64,000 nt of DNA from Lama glama (taxonomy: Eukaryota), in assembly GCA_028534125.1 (NCBI GenBank), contig CM052817.1, forward strand, positions 33,482,001 through 33,546,000, read 5' to 3'. The position numbers and the translations under genes were made by a program. The notes under the pieces were generated by a model, which ran no database searches, was not told the DNA's origin, and was given only the letters and a program-made list of their open reading frames with translations. This document shows, one piece after another, positions 24,151 to 36,615 of the stretch (position 1 is the first letter of the stretch; every line of letters begins with the position of its first letter).

Positions 24151-26655
24151 AATAGAATTTAAATAGGAGGAGTCAACTGTTATGGGTCTTGGGTCAGTGT
24201 GGATTATAAAGAATGCCGAGATAATGTGACTTTATTTTAGGAAAAGGCACCACCACCAGCCTGGCCAGAAGGATGCCTGGGGTTCAAGTTCCAACTTTGC
24301 CCTTTGGCATCGAGCCTTAACCTACTTTCTGGTAAAATGTGGGAGAGACACAGATGATCTCCAGGATGCCTCAAAGCTCACACATTCTACACTGCCTGCA
24401 CTCCCCGGGTGAGGTATTAGGCAGACACCCACCTGGCCACAATTTTCCCAGCCCAGGGGCCACTGGGCAGCCTTCCTCAAGAGTGGCAGGATATTGCTGC
24501 TCCTGCTGCAGCCTCTGAAAAGGCCGGTTGTCTCTATGGCTCAACAGAAAGGCCCACAGCCATTGTCCTTAGGGGAGCCACCCAGTCCCTGCAGACACGA
24601 GCTATAGCTCCCATCACCTCAGTAGCTTTTTGAGGGGGATTTTCATTAACAAACTCCATTCAGAGGCTTTTTGGAAGCCTTCTGTCCTAGTGCAATGAAG
24701 CAGGCTGCCTCTTTTTCCACCAAGTGTCCCCAAGGGAAGTGACATTCACCAAGAATTTGGACAAACTTTTTTAGAGGAAGAAACAGTGTGAAAATTGCAC
24801 AGATCCTTGTTACTTAAAGCATTTGAGAAGAAAACGGCAGGAAGTGGTGGATTCGGGACATAAAGGACATCATTTGCCTGCCTTATTATCTCATTTTTCA
24901 GTGGAGCTGACAGGACAGCTGCCTGTTATTACAGGGCGCACCAGGAAATGTTTAGCTGCCAAACAGAAAAGAACGAGGGAGGGATTAGCAGCCCCGTTCA
25001 TGCCACACAAATAGAATTCTTGCACCTGGTAGTCATGCAGTTCGATTTATCATCCTCGTAGGGTATGTTACTTAAATTCCATTTACAAAGAAACAAAAAC
25101 AACCCAAAAAGGCGCCTTAATGTCATTGTAATTATGATCAGTATTAGTAACCACTTTGCAGTTTTTAGTTTCGATTAAAGTAATTGGTGGTGGTTTTCAT
25201 TTAATTGCTCTAATCTTTTATTTGGTTTCTGGAGTGTTGTAAATTCACTCTTCCATGTTGCAAATCAAACGCGTTCTTAAAAATGAAAGATCGATAACAG
25301 TTTAATCCTCCAGAAGGCTGCAGTCATTAATGACATAGTACAACGATAGCGAGCTCTTTGCAAGGAGCCGGATCACCTCAAGAAGTGACATTTCAAAGAG
25401 AGTCAATACTTTGCTTCTCATCATTTCCTAATGCTGGGGTGGGGGGTTGGGGGGATGGGTTTGCCAGCTTCTCAAGCCCAGAGCCCGGGGAGGCTGCCAG
25501 CGGACAACAGAGGCCCTAAATGGCCTGCTTATTCCCAGGATCGTGAACTCACCTCCCTCATGCCAAGCCCCAGGGAGGGATCTAGTGGGAGGAAAAAGTG
25601 AGCCTTAGATCCTGTGAAAACTACCCGTTATTATGAATCTTCAAATTAATTCAAAAAAAAAAAAAAAAGCAAACTCCTCACAGTACCTTGTTGCATCAAG
25701 TATGAGAGGAGAAACTTGAGGCTGTTGAGTCTTCATTCCTCCTCTGGCATCTCCCAGCACCTCTGTGCCAACCCTTGACATAAAGAAGAGTGAGACCAAG
25801 TCGGTCGGAGAGCATCAGCTCTGCCTGGAGGCCTCGGGGACGTTTCGGGTCCAAGGGGGTCTTAGTTTTCCAGAGGGGGCAGGAGTCAGGGGCATTCTGG
25901 GACCATACGAAGGGCACAGAAAAGGCCTGAGAAGGGAGCTGCAAGAAGTCGGGTCGGACTATCACTCAGGGTGGCTACAGAGCAGTGCAGGGGGAGGAGG
26001 CTGGAGCCAGAGGACAGAGGGCCTTGAATGCCCTGTGAAGGGGCGTGGCCTCTCTGTTCCGCATGACAGAGGAGAGTAATGTAGCACTGGTGACAGTTGT
26101 GTCATTTATTCCTGAAGCGTGAATTTTAAGGAAAAAGGGCTGAAGAGGGGAAAACTTAGGAGACTCAGAATTGTCCAAGTAGGACATGCTGAGGCTGCAT
26201 GGCAGGAGCATGAAGAGGAAACAGGTCCCAGAGAGCTTCAGGGTGACACTTTGACAAGGCACCAATCACCCACTGGACACAGGGAAGAGGAGCTAGATTG
26301 GCTCCTTGGGCATGTGGGTGAAGAACGGTACCACTGATAACGATGCAGAACTCAGCAGAAGGCGGATTAGGGAGTGAGGGAAGAGCTGATTTGCACTATT
26401 TGGGATACTGTGGGATGTGCATGTGGAGGGGTCTGGTCTGGAGATTTCTGTCAGTAGAGAGTATGAGCATTCGGGCACCATGACCTGGTACTTAAAGGGA
26501 GCTCAGGAAATAGATTTGGTACTTACCCTTAGAGCTATTCTGTGCTTACCTGAATAGAGACGGAGGTTGAATCCACTGGATTCAATACAATCACTCGGGG
26601 ACGATGTGCAGTGAGACTAAATACAGGCTGAAAACCAGAGTGAAAGAACACCACT

Positions 26656-27021
26656 TATAATGCACTGAATGCTTGTGTCTCCTTAAACTTCATATGCTGA
26701 AGCCTAATTCCCAGTGTGATGGTCTTAAGAGTTGGAAACCTTGGGAACTGACTAGGTGATGAGGGTGGAGCCCTCAGGAATGAAACAGGTGCCCTTATAG
26801 GAAGAGGCCCCAGAGAGCTCTCTTGCGCCTTCCACCATGTGAGGACACAGTGAGAAGACAGCCGTCTATGAATCAGGAAGTGGGCTCTCACCAGACATCC
26901 GAGCTGCCAGTGTCTTTATCTTACCTTTCCCAGCCTCCAGAACTGTGGGAAGTAAGTGCTTGTAATTTAAGTTACCCAGTCTATGACATTCTTGTCAGAG
27001 AAGCCTGAATGGACTAAGACA
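26656..27021 (+). mobile_element. Full-length MaLR solo LTR (MLT1A-like) with 5-bp TSD, inside decayed antisense L2 sequence
   Basis: ccact at 26651-26655 and 27022-27026; internal gagggtggagccctca, ccatgtgaggacacag and ccagcctccagaactgtg; ends ggactaagaca. Confidence 0.9.
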
Positions 27022-27949
27022 CCACTCTTGAAACACGGACGTAGAGAGAAGAGCCGGCAAAGGAGAGGAGTAAGTGGTCAGAAGCCAGGGGAGGATAGAG
27101 TTTTCACGAAGAAGGATGTTAGCAGCAGTGTCAACTACCAGACAGGACAAGTGTCCGTGGGAGCTGACAATGAAGAGGTCATGGTCACCCTAGCAAGCAG
27201 TGTTCTTTCTGGGGGGTGAAGGTGGGGTGCTGGTGGGGGGAGTCAGGACAAGGAGTAGCCGTGCTGAATTTTCCTGGGGTGAAGAGGACAGAAAAATGAG
27301 AGCGTGGAGACTCTGGGTAGAGACTTTCTTGTTTTTTACGGCTGTGATAGGAAGGAAAGGAACAACCCACAAGGAGAAACAGGATTAATGAAGGATTTTT
27401 TTTTAATGGAGAAAACCTGAATCTACGTATGAGCTATAGGGAGGGCACCAGTCAAGAGAAGTCAGTCAGAGGGACAAGAGGGTGGGAACCACTTTTCTCT
27501 GTGGAAGGTAGAGGTAGGGCTGGGAAGACAGTAGCGGAAGGATTCGGGTCATTGTTTCAAGCTGTATTCACGTTTTACTTATGCTCTCCTCTCTCCTGGA
27601 AAGGCTCCTGTCTGTCCCTCTGCCCCATCACCTCCAAACCAGGACTGCATCCTTCAAGGCTCCCCTCAAGTGCGCCTCTCTCCCAGCCCCCGCCCCATTC
27701 CTCCAGCTGTGGTTCCCTTTTCTGAACCTTGGCAGTTTGTCTGTTTTCTTCTCACAGACAGACATATTTTACCTTGTATTGTTGAATCATCACGTGCCCT
27801 CACTATGAGAGGTTTGGCTCTTTGAGCAAGAGAATTGTAGCTATTTTTCTAAAAATATAAAATGATTTTCATTTGAGCTTAATAACGTGTTGGAAAAATA
27901 AATCTGCTGTGATCAAAGATATAAAAAATGTGGATGATTTTTGCTACAC

Positions 27950-28110
27950 AGGGCAAGTTATATAACTTCTTGGAGTATGTTTTCTTGATCAGTAAAGTGG
28001 GAATAATAATAATACCTACTTTTTAGGGTTGTTTCAATCATTTAATGAGATAAAGTATATAGTGTTTAACACAATGCCTTGCACATCGGAAATGCTTAAT
28101 AAAGGACAGA
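27950..28110 (+). mobile_element. MIR SINE
   Basis: gggcaagtta...aataataatacctactttttagggttgtt...aatgagataa. Confidence 0.75.
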
Positions 28111-28665
28111 TATTATTGTTATTAATCAACCAGATAATCTCTGATTAAGTTCCATGATTCTTTCTCCACTAGTGCAGGCAGACCTTACCTATAAAACATG
28201 CACATACTTGCTAATACACCATAGCCACAAAGCTAGGTTAAAAAGGTCAGAACTTGAAGCAGACTGAGCAAGTCACCCTTCCACATCCCTTTCTGTAAGC
28301 ATTTCTTCTGTAACTAGTGGCTATCAGAGTTCATTCATTTGTTCACTTCACAAAAAATTTTTGAGAACTTTAAGTGTGCAAATCACTCTGGAAGAAGCCA
28401 CAGAGAACTCGAGGATGAATAAAACACAAGCTTTGCTCAGAGGTACTCAGGGATTGGGGTAAGTAAATAATTATATCCAAATCACAGTGCTGTGTGATGG
28501 AATTGGAAATACCCAAGGAGAAACTAGGAAAGGTTTCAGGAAGAAGGGGGCACCGGGGGCCACCACCATGGCAAGGAATTCTGCACCAAGCACATCAATT
28601 TAGAAGCAAAAGCCTTCCAAGCTTGCCTTTCACTCACCATACTCGATTAAGGAAACACATGTTCA

Positions 28666-28790
28666 GGGAGGAGGGTATAGCTCAAGTGGTAGGACGCATG
28701 CTTAGCATGCACGAGGTCCTGGGTTCAGTCCCAGGACCACCTCTAAAAATAAATAAACCTAAATACTGCTCCCCTCACGCCCCCCAAAAA
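28666..28790 (+). mobile_element. tRNA-Ala-derived SINE (camelid vic-1 type)
   Basis: GGAGGGTATAGCTCAAGTGGTAGGACGCATGCTTAGCATGCACGAGGTCCTGGGTTCAGTCCC followed by aaaaataaataaacctaa...; same family as 18812-18974. Confidence 0.85.
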
Positions 28791-30877
28791 ACATATACTC
28801 TTTCCATAGACTTCTTTCTTTAGCTCCAAAAGGTAAGGAAAAGGACAGACCAGCACCTCAGCACTTCCGGAGACCAGTTGCAAGGTGACCTCTGGTATTC
28901 AGCCAGCTGAGTTTATCCAGCCCTCAGAGACAGAGTGACTTCTGTAGGAAGACTTGAGGGTCAATCATTTCTTCTTTTTTAAGTCCTCAGAAGAGCCAAC
29001 AAAATAAAAAAAAAAAAAACGAAGAGAGGTATTTTGGGCAGTGTGTAGAAGCCCAAGGCATCCTTAAACGCAGGGATCTGGCTCCCTAACATCACCACGC
29101 AGGGAGGCAAACTTGCGCCCGAAGGAAATACACTCCTCAGAAAGCCAAACATTACTTTCAAAACAGAGTTTTCCAAACAATTTGCAATTTGTAATACAGA
29201 CTTGAGGTCTGGGCTCGTTGAGAAGGAAAAGTGTGCAAACTATTGGATGCTATTTGGTGGCGTGGATCAGCAGACGTCATGGAAGAATGTCAGCATTCAG
29301 TTCATCAGCCAGCTTTCCTCCTCTACTGTCATGGGTTTCTGAGTGAGAAGCCGAGGGGACTTCAGACGAATGGTTGGTGGTGGCAGTGACTGCGGGGGAA
29401 CCACCGCCAGGCTACTTGTGCAGCCCGCTGGCCAGTTATCTACAGATGGTATATGGGAGCGTTTCACCAGAGAGCCTAAAGGTTATGGCTTTGAAAGTCT
29501 TAGTGTAAGAGGAGTGTCCCACACTTTCAAAAAAAAAAAAAAAGCTCTTGGCTTTACAGTGTCTACACTTACCAGATATCGACAACAATCTAAATTATGT
29601 CAGTGTGAGTTTTTGTTGTTCTTAATGGACGCTTCAGAGCATAATGAAGACTATATGCTGATACCTTGGGTTTTTTTTTTTTAATGAATATGAAGTTTAT
29701 CAAAGGAAGAAATTTTAAATTTAGTTTTCCTTAAACCTAAAGTTCAATGTAGAAACATTATTGTTCTATTTATAAGTCAAGTAAATTTTAACCATCAGTT
29801 TCAAGAGGATTAAAGCTCTGTCAGTTAAAGCTGCAGGAATTAAATTCTCCTAACAGCCTCATTTAAATACTCAATTAATTAAATTCCATTAAAAATTTTA
29901 ATCTGTATTATTTGTTTAACATAGTGGATCTTTTTTAGCAGTTCAAATGCTTCCAACAAGCAAAATGTTCTCAAATGACTTACATGACTCTAGCACAATG
30001 CAACCAGAATAATCTCCAGTTCTCTTAAACCAAAATGGTTTAGAATCTTGGTCAAAACGTTTTTAAAGTTTATACATTTCACCTAAAAATCACAAATTAC
30101 ACTTTTTAAATTGGGATCACAGTTCTCTCACAGGCTAAACCCTCCCTTACAAATATTTGAAATACCAAACAACACACAACATCCTCAAGATTATACAAAT
30201 CTCTTCCTGAACTTACACAGAAAATGCTAACCCTGTGGGCTTAATTTACTTCGCCACCTATTTAAAGCTCTAAGTCTTAACAGGATTGAAAGTTCCATTA
30301 AGAAAACAATTACACACCGTGCCCAGACTAGTAGAGGTCACCACTCTAGTAGAATGAGTATTCTTAGTATCTGGAGGGTGGGGGCCAAAGTGCGATTTCA
30401 TTCTGTGACAGCGAGGAACAACATGGTGAACTTTTTCAAGGGTGTTGGTCTCTTCCAGTTTCAAGATACATCATTACTTGCTTTATCTGTAATCCACGTC
30501 CTGCCCACTTGTTCACCACTTTATTGGCTAGAATAATTTATTTATGCCTGATTCTATTCTCAATGTTTTTCTATTCTTCCATTTTGACCAGGCCATGACC
30601 CTTATAAATAGGTAAGTGGCATCCAAAACAATTCTGCATGTTCCCCTTGCGTTTGTCTGGCTCTGCCTGTGCCTGGATCAAGGGGATGGCCCCAAACCAA
30701 ACTGTTCCGCTTCAAATGACCCAATTTGTCTCACAAGATAAGGGAAGTTTGACAAGGCTTTCTTCCTGTTCTCATTCGGTCCAAGTCAGATATAAAGAAT
30801 TTTGTTTGTTCCCAAAGAGCTGCACCTGAGTTTAGACACAGCAGACCAAGTGAGCTGGCAAGTGGCCCTCTTTACCA

Positions 30878-31062
30878 ACACTGCTTCTCAGACTTGCAAT
30901 TATTGCATTTATTGTATTGTATTGTATTGACATGTATTTGAATCTCCTAGGATTTCATTCAAGTACAGAGTCTAATGCAGTAGGTCAGGGCTGAGGCCCA
31001 AGATTCTTCATTTCTAACAACCTCAGGTGCTGCTGGTCTTCAGAGCACACAGTGAGTAGAAA
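30878..31062. mobile_element. hAT-Charlie MER5-like MITE
   Basis: cagtaggtcagggctgaggcccaagattcttcatttctaacaa...gctgctggtc. Confidence 0.65.
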
Positions 31063-31526
31063 GAATTTGAATAGTTGATGATATTTGAGGGTCAATTTAG
31101 GGTCAATCCGGCCCCCAATTTCTGTAAATCATGCACAGCAAGTATCTAGTGTTTTTTCTCACCAAAGTCCTTCTGTCTCTTTTCTCAATCATGGGTCCTC
31201 AGCTCAACACACACACACACACACACACACTTCTCTCTGCCCCTTTGCAAACCTGCCTGTGAGAATATAATGCTTTAGCCATTTAAAAAGTAGTTGTTAT
31301 GCAGAGCTGGAAAGAAGGCTGTACAGAGAGAAGACACACATTTCAGCTCTGTATTAACAATGAGAGTGCTCATTTATTACGTGTTAACTAATGCCAGTCA
31401 CAAGAGCTATGTGTTTTATGTAATCCTATGAAAAACATATTACTACTTACATTTTAAAGGAAGAGGAGATTGAGGCTCAGAAAGGTTAGTAACTTGCCCC
31501 AAATTAAAGAGCTCGTACCTGACAGA

Positions 31527-31994
31527 GTGTGGCAGCTGGTCAAGACTTAGTCTTTGAAGGTCATCCCACCAGTGTGGCCTCGTGACCAACTTTGACTAAG
31601 AGAATGTAGCGGAAGTGACTTCTAAGCTTTGACCTCAGGAAGGCTTGCAGCTTCTGCTCCAGCCTTTTTGGGACACTGCTGCCATGTGAACAAAACCGGG
31701 CTTGCTTCCTTGGGGATGAGAGCCTTCATGAAGAGGCCCAGTCATCCCAGTTGTTCCAGTCCAACCAGACATGTGAAGCCAGCGAGGCTATCTGGGACCA
31801 GCCACTTCCCAGCCAATCTACACACTGCAGACAGAAGAGTGAGCACTGCCAACACCATGTGGGCCAGAGATGAGCCATCCCAGCTGAGCCTTGCCTAAAT
31901 TGCCAACACACAGATAGACTCGTAAGTAAATACGTAGGTGCTATTTTAAGCCACTAAAACATGGGGTGGTTTGTTATGCAACGATAGATAGCTG
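31527..31994 (+). mobile_element. MaLR LTR (MLT1-type) nested in an antisense MIR (31385-31525 and 31995-32030)
   Basis: 3' end ttttaagccactaaaacatggggtggtttgttatgcaacgatagatagctga; MIR sequence continues on both sides. Confidence 0.75.
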
Positions 31995-32324
31995 AGCCAA
32001 GATTTGAATTCCAAGGATGTCTGATTCTAAACCCCCTCTGAGCCCAAGGGCATGACCTACAAACCCTAACTTGTTCTCCAGAAAGAACTGGTTTGGGGCC
32101 TGCTTGCTTCTCTCTGCATTCTGGCTCTAAGCTTGGTTTAACGCACTAGTCACTTCTGATTTTCCAGTTCCCCCTCCACCCCCCACCCTTGGGCTGACTG
32201 CTTTCCCTTCCTTCTATTTGTGTTCCAGTCCCCCTTCCAGGCTGCCCTTTCTGTTCTGCTTTGAGCTATCTTCTTGGTAATCTTTATGTGAGGTCCAAGT
32301 TCTGGTCCTCCTTTGACTCCCTAG

Positions 32325-32490
32325 GGCAGTGTTTAAATTTTAGTGAGTTTAAAAATCTTCAGATGATTTCGTTGAAATGCAGAGTCTGGTTCAGGTGGTG
32401 TAGGGTAGGACCTGAGATTCTGAATTCCAGATAAGCCTCCAGAGGATGCTGAAGCTGCTTGCCCAAGAGTCACATTTTGGATAGCAAGGC
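32325..32490. mobile_element. hAT-Charlie MER5-like MITE
   Basis: aaatgcagagtctggttcagg...gacctgagattctg...gatgctgaagctgct...cacattttggatagcaagg. Confidence 0.7.
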
Positions 32491-34914
32491 TCTGGGCTGC
32501 TCTGTGAAGCACCCATCCCCTACTCCCCTATTCACATAAATAATGGTCACAGCTGATGGGGGTCATGGCTAGACTCTTCGGCCAAATAGGGAGCCTCAGC
32601 TGTGTGCTTGTCAGTGACCTTCACTCCTGCACAAGGAGAAATCTGGAGTCATGTGCCGCTATGAACTCATCATGCTTAATCCAGGAAACAGTATAAAAGA
32701 GAGGAAAGAATAAAAGCTAAAAATTCAATTTCCAAGGCATTTATTCAGTAATACAAGCATTTACTAAGCACTTATGCCAAACACTATATGATAGTATCTA
32801 CACAGGGAAATCCATCCTCTTTTGGAGACCTGGACCAGCGAAGCAAACACCATTTTATCATGAAACTTTCTCTAGTCACCAGAGTCCCTTTATTTAGTTG
32901 AAGTCTGTGGGCTCTAAATACAATGCTGGCTGATGCAATGTGATTGTTTTACAGCAATCTGAATTAGGAGCTAATGTTATGTTTGAAATGTAGGAGCGTG
33001 GTTAGCGTTTAGCTACCTGTATGTAATGGAATGATGTGTCTTTAAAAGTGTGTGCCTGGGCGGGCCAAACTCTTTCTTAATAAGATCAGGGATGCACACG
33101 AGTGATCTTGTAAATAAGGCCAGACAGTGGCCCTATTTGATCTGAGCTCCTTCAGTCTTCGTTTAGAGACAGCAGGTCCCCAAAAGAGGACGCCTGGAGC
33201 TCCCTGGACAGATACGGCCACACGCTATCTGGCATAGGCACTTGGGGAATGTTTGCTGTATTACTGAGTGAATGCCTTGAAACCGGAAACTTTATCCTAG
33301 ATCCCCTTTTCCTTTTTCTGTTGAGGCCCCCTATGATGAGTGCTGTCTCTCTCCTGACTAAAGGACCTAGTTTCCCTGGGGAACAATCAGATGCAAGAAC
33401 AACCTCACCCTCCTTTGACATGAAGTGGTGAGGAGCTGCAATTCTCCCTCCAGCCAGGGATCCACCTCCCTTCTCTTCCTCCAGGCCTCAAGAAGAGCAG
33501 AGTGGGGTTAATTCTTGCTTCGTGTCGCCTATTCGTGGGTTTGCAGGGCAAAGGCCTACTTCTGAAACTATAAACTTAACCTTTAGTTAGTGTAAGACAG
33601 GGGACCCTGAAGAAGCAAAGGTGTGAGACAGACACAGTCCCTCCCCTCTCGATGGCCTAGTGAGCGATCAAGACAAGGATGTGGACACTAAAGAGATACA
33701 CACTACAATGAGGAACATACGGTGTTATCACAGGAGCACTTAGGAAGGACACCCACCCCTGTCTTGGGAATTGGGGTGGTGATGGAAACAGGAAAGACTT
33801 TTCTAAAAAGATGTCACCTAAGCTGGGTATTAAAGAATGAGTAGCACTGAGCTAAGCAGAAAGGAAAGGAAGGGTAACAAGAGGATCCTGGAGGACAAAA
33901 ATCACTGTGTAAAAGAAATTCAAACAAATTGTTGAATCAAACTCAAATCCAAGTGTCAATGCAACTGGATATGTGGATAGAAACTCAGTAGCATGAACTG
34001 GGCTGAAGATGATTTAAGGAAGTCCCTGGGGCCTTTTTATTTTAAACTAGTTATATCTTAGCCTTATTTATAGAGAATGTAATAGAAAACCCAAAAGATT
34101 CTATTTCTCAGTATTTGGAGTTTTGCTCCATTCTTTACAATTGTGCTCACTTCCAGGAAGTGAATTCTATATTGCACGCTTCCCTGGGGAATATGTGATA
34201 ATTGGACAAAGCTGGGCTGACATTTACCTTGGCTGCACCTACAAAGAAAGGATTTGCTAAGATAATGAATAGAGCAACCAAAAGCAGGGGATGTACTTAA
34301 TCTACTTCAAGGACACATTTTTCCCCAGTATTCTATAAGCACAGTATATGCAAATGATGTTTTGCATTAAATTAAAAATCAGCCTCATCTAGTCATCAAA
34401 GCAAGTCATGGCTTCCCATCTGCTGGGAAACACTCAGCCGTTATAAAAACAAACTTGAATTTAATTACATAACGCAGCATTTCATAAGGACTTTCATTAA
34501 AACTTTATATGAATTCAGCCTGATCTTCTAACTTATCTGACTGGTGAGATTTCACCAAACTTGGTAGATGCTTAAATGTCTATAATTGACTTATGTTTTT
34601 CTTAGCCTTGAACGTGGAAAGTTTCTAAATTCTTCTGACACTATCAGTTTAAGCATGACTATAACAGTCAATCGAAAAGAGTTCATGTATTAACATAAAA
34701 CGTAGGCCTAGTCTCTGTATCCGACTGTCTTAAGGAGAATTTATTAGTAAAACCATCTTTCTGGAAGTCCAACAAAGGGTATCAGCAAACCATTAAATGC
34801 TGAGCTTAACAGTAAGAAAATTTTCAAACTCAAATTTATTTTACACCGAAATAACTAATGTCAAGAAAGATGAAGTTATTATCCTTAAATTCACAACTCA
34901 GTCAGGATGCCAGT

Positions 34915-35227
34915 ATAGGCTCACTTCTCTTGCCTGTAATTCTGAAATCTCAAAGGTTTTAAAGACAAAAATTCTTTGCTTTTTAAATTTAGTACCAAAA
35001 CTTATTGAATAGCAAAGTCTGGCCTAAGCCTACATGAGGTAATGTATCACAAGGTGAATATTCATATATTTCACTGAAGAAATACGAGTCCATCTGATTA
35101 TGGAAAGCTTCCCCGGACCTCAGAGGAGATGTAAGTGCACCAGATAGCCTTTCTACAATCTGAAGAATTCTGGATTACAAAGCATATCTGGCCTCAAAGG
35201 TTTTGGCCAAGGTATTATGAATTCCTA
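34915..35227. mobile_element. TcMar-Tigger MITE (MER46C-like)
   Basis: aattctgaaatctcaaagg...ccaaaacttatt...catatctggcctcaaaggttttgg. Confidence 0.55.
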
Positions 35228-35309
35228 ACAACAGCTGTTTATTATTGAGTATTTGCTTTGTGCCAGATATTCTCCTAAGATTTAAGATGCATTTTGCATA
35301 ATCTGAATC

Positions 35310-36615
35310 GGACACATTCCATTCTGACCACACCTCCCATCTTTTCAGCTCACTGTTTCTATTCCTATTCCTGCCATCCTTCTAAGCCATGTGGATCTCT
35401 AATCCATTTGGTCCTTCTCTCTTTTTCCTTGAGGTCCTGTCTTCTCTCCTGACTTGGCTCAAATTCTCTGGTCAACTGTTATGTTGTAATTACTCACATC
35501 AGAAACCTTGAGATCAGCTCCTTTCTCACTTTGCCACACTTGCTTACCAAAACCATAACCCTGGCAAAACCCAGCTCTTCACCTGCACCAGAATGGTTGA
35601 ATATGCCTGGTGGAAGACTCATCTGTGCTGACTGGCCTCATTTTGAGTTTCTGATCATTAAGTGGGCCCTTAATACTGCCTGGCATTCATAACATGTTCC
35701 TCCAGTCCATTCACTCTCTTGTTCTCCCGGAGAACAAGTTCATACTGTCCTCTCTCCCTTTAGTCTCAGCTGATTACTTTGCTTCCTACGTCTCTGAGAC
35801 ATTTGAGAGAACCAGAAGAAAACTGCCAGAGACTCCCACACCCACATCTCCCTACCTACCAGCAGCTGAACCGGCGTCCTCTCTGCCTCCTTGCCTGCTG
35901 CCACAGAAAAATGCCCCGTGCGTCCACCTAGACCGGATCCCTCCACCTGCTCAGGCACAACCCTCTAGACTTAGACTTCTCTTTCCTGCATCATCAATAT
36001 TCACTCAACCGCATCACTCACACGACTGGATCATCAGCACACAGAGGCACTACTATTTCTTCTATAACTACCTTTTTCTCCTTTTCCATCCCCCCACCGC
36101 TTCCAGTGATCTTTTAAAATATTGGTCAGACAGGCTCCACATTTCACTCTGGGTTCTGACCATGGCCTTCCCCAACCTGCTCTGTGGCTACTCCTCCCTC
36201 TCCAACCCACACTCGCTTCTCTCCTCTTTGCTCTCAAACATGCCTGGCATACTGCTGCTCTCTGGCATTTGTACTGGCTTTCCTTTGCCTAGAACACTGT
36301 CTCTAGATACCCACATGGCTTACTCCCTCACCAACATCTAATTTTTGCTCAAGCATCGCCTTCTCCCGTCTAATCTTGTCTATCCTATAGAAAATCGCAA
36401 GCCACTCCTACCCTCCAATATCCCCCAACTCTGCCTTTGGAACTCTTCCCTTCACTGCCGCCCTTAGCACATAGAACTTCTAACGTATCGTATGTTATTT
36501 TAATATGTTTATGGTCCTTATTTGTCTCCCATCCTCCTGTCTCTGTGATGCTTGTACTCTAGCTAGGGCAAAGATCTTTATTCTGTTCACTGACCTGTCC
36601 CAAACATGTTGAATT
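35310..36615 (+). mobile_element. Decayed L2 LINE body and 3' end
   Basis: C/T-rich L2 signature (ttctgaccacacctcc, cacatggcttactccctcacc, agggcaaagatc...tgttcactg). Confidence 0.7.

Noticed and set aside
28666..28745. tRNA-Ala(AGC)-like sequence (also at 18900-18974)
   Set aside because: The acceptor stem is disrupted, there is an A-rich SINE tail, and there is no oligo-T terminator. These are SINE heads, not tRNA genes.
35694..36341. 215-aa ORF
   Set aside because: It lies inside a decayed L2; C/T-rich sequence is naturally poor in stop codons.
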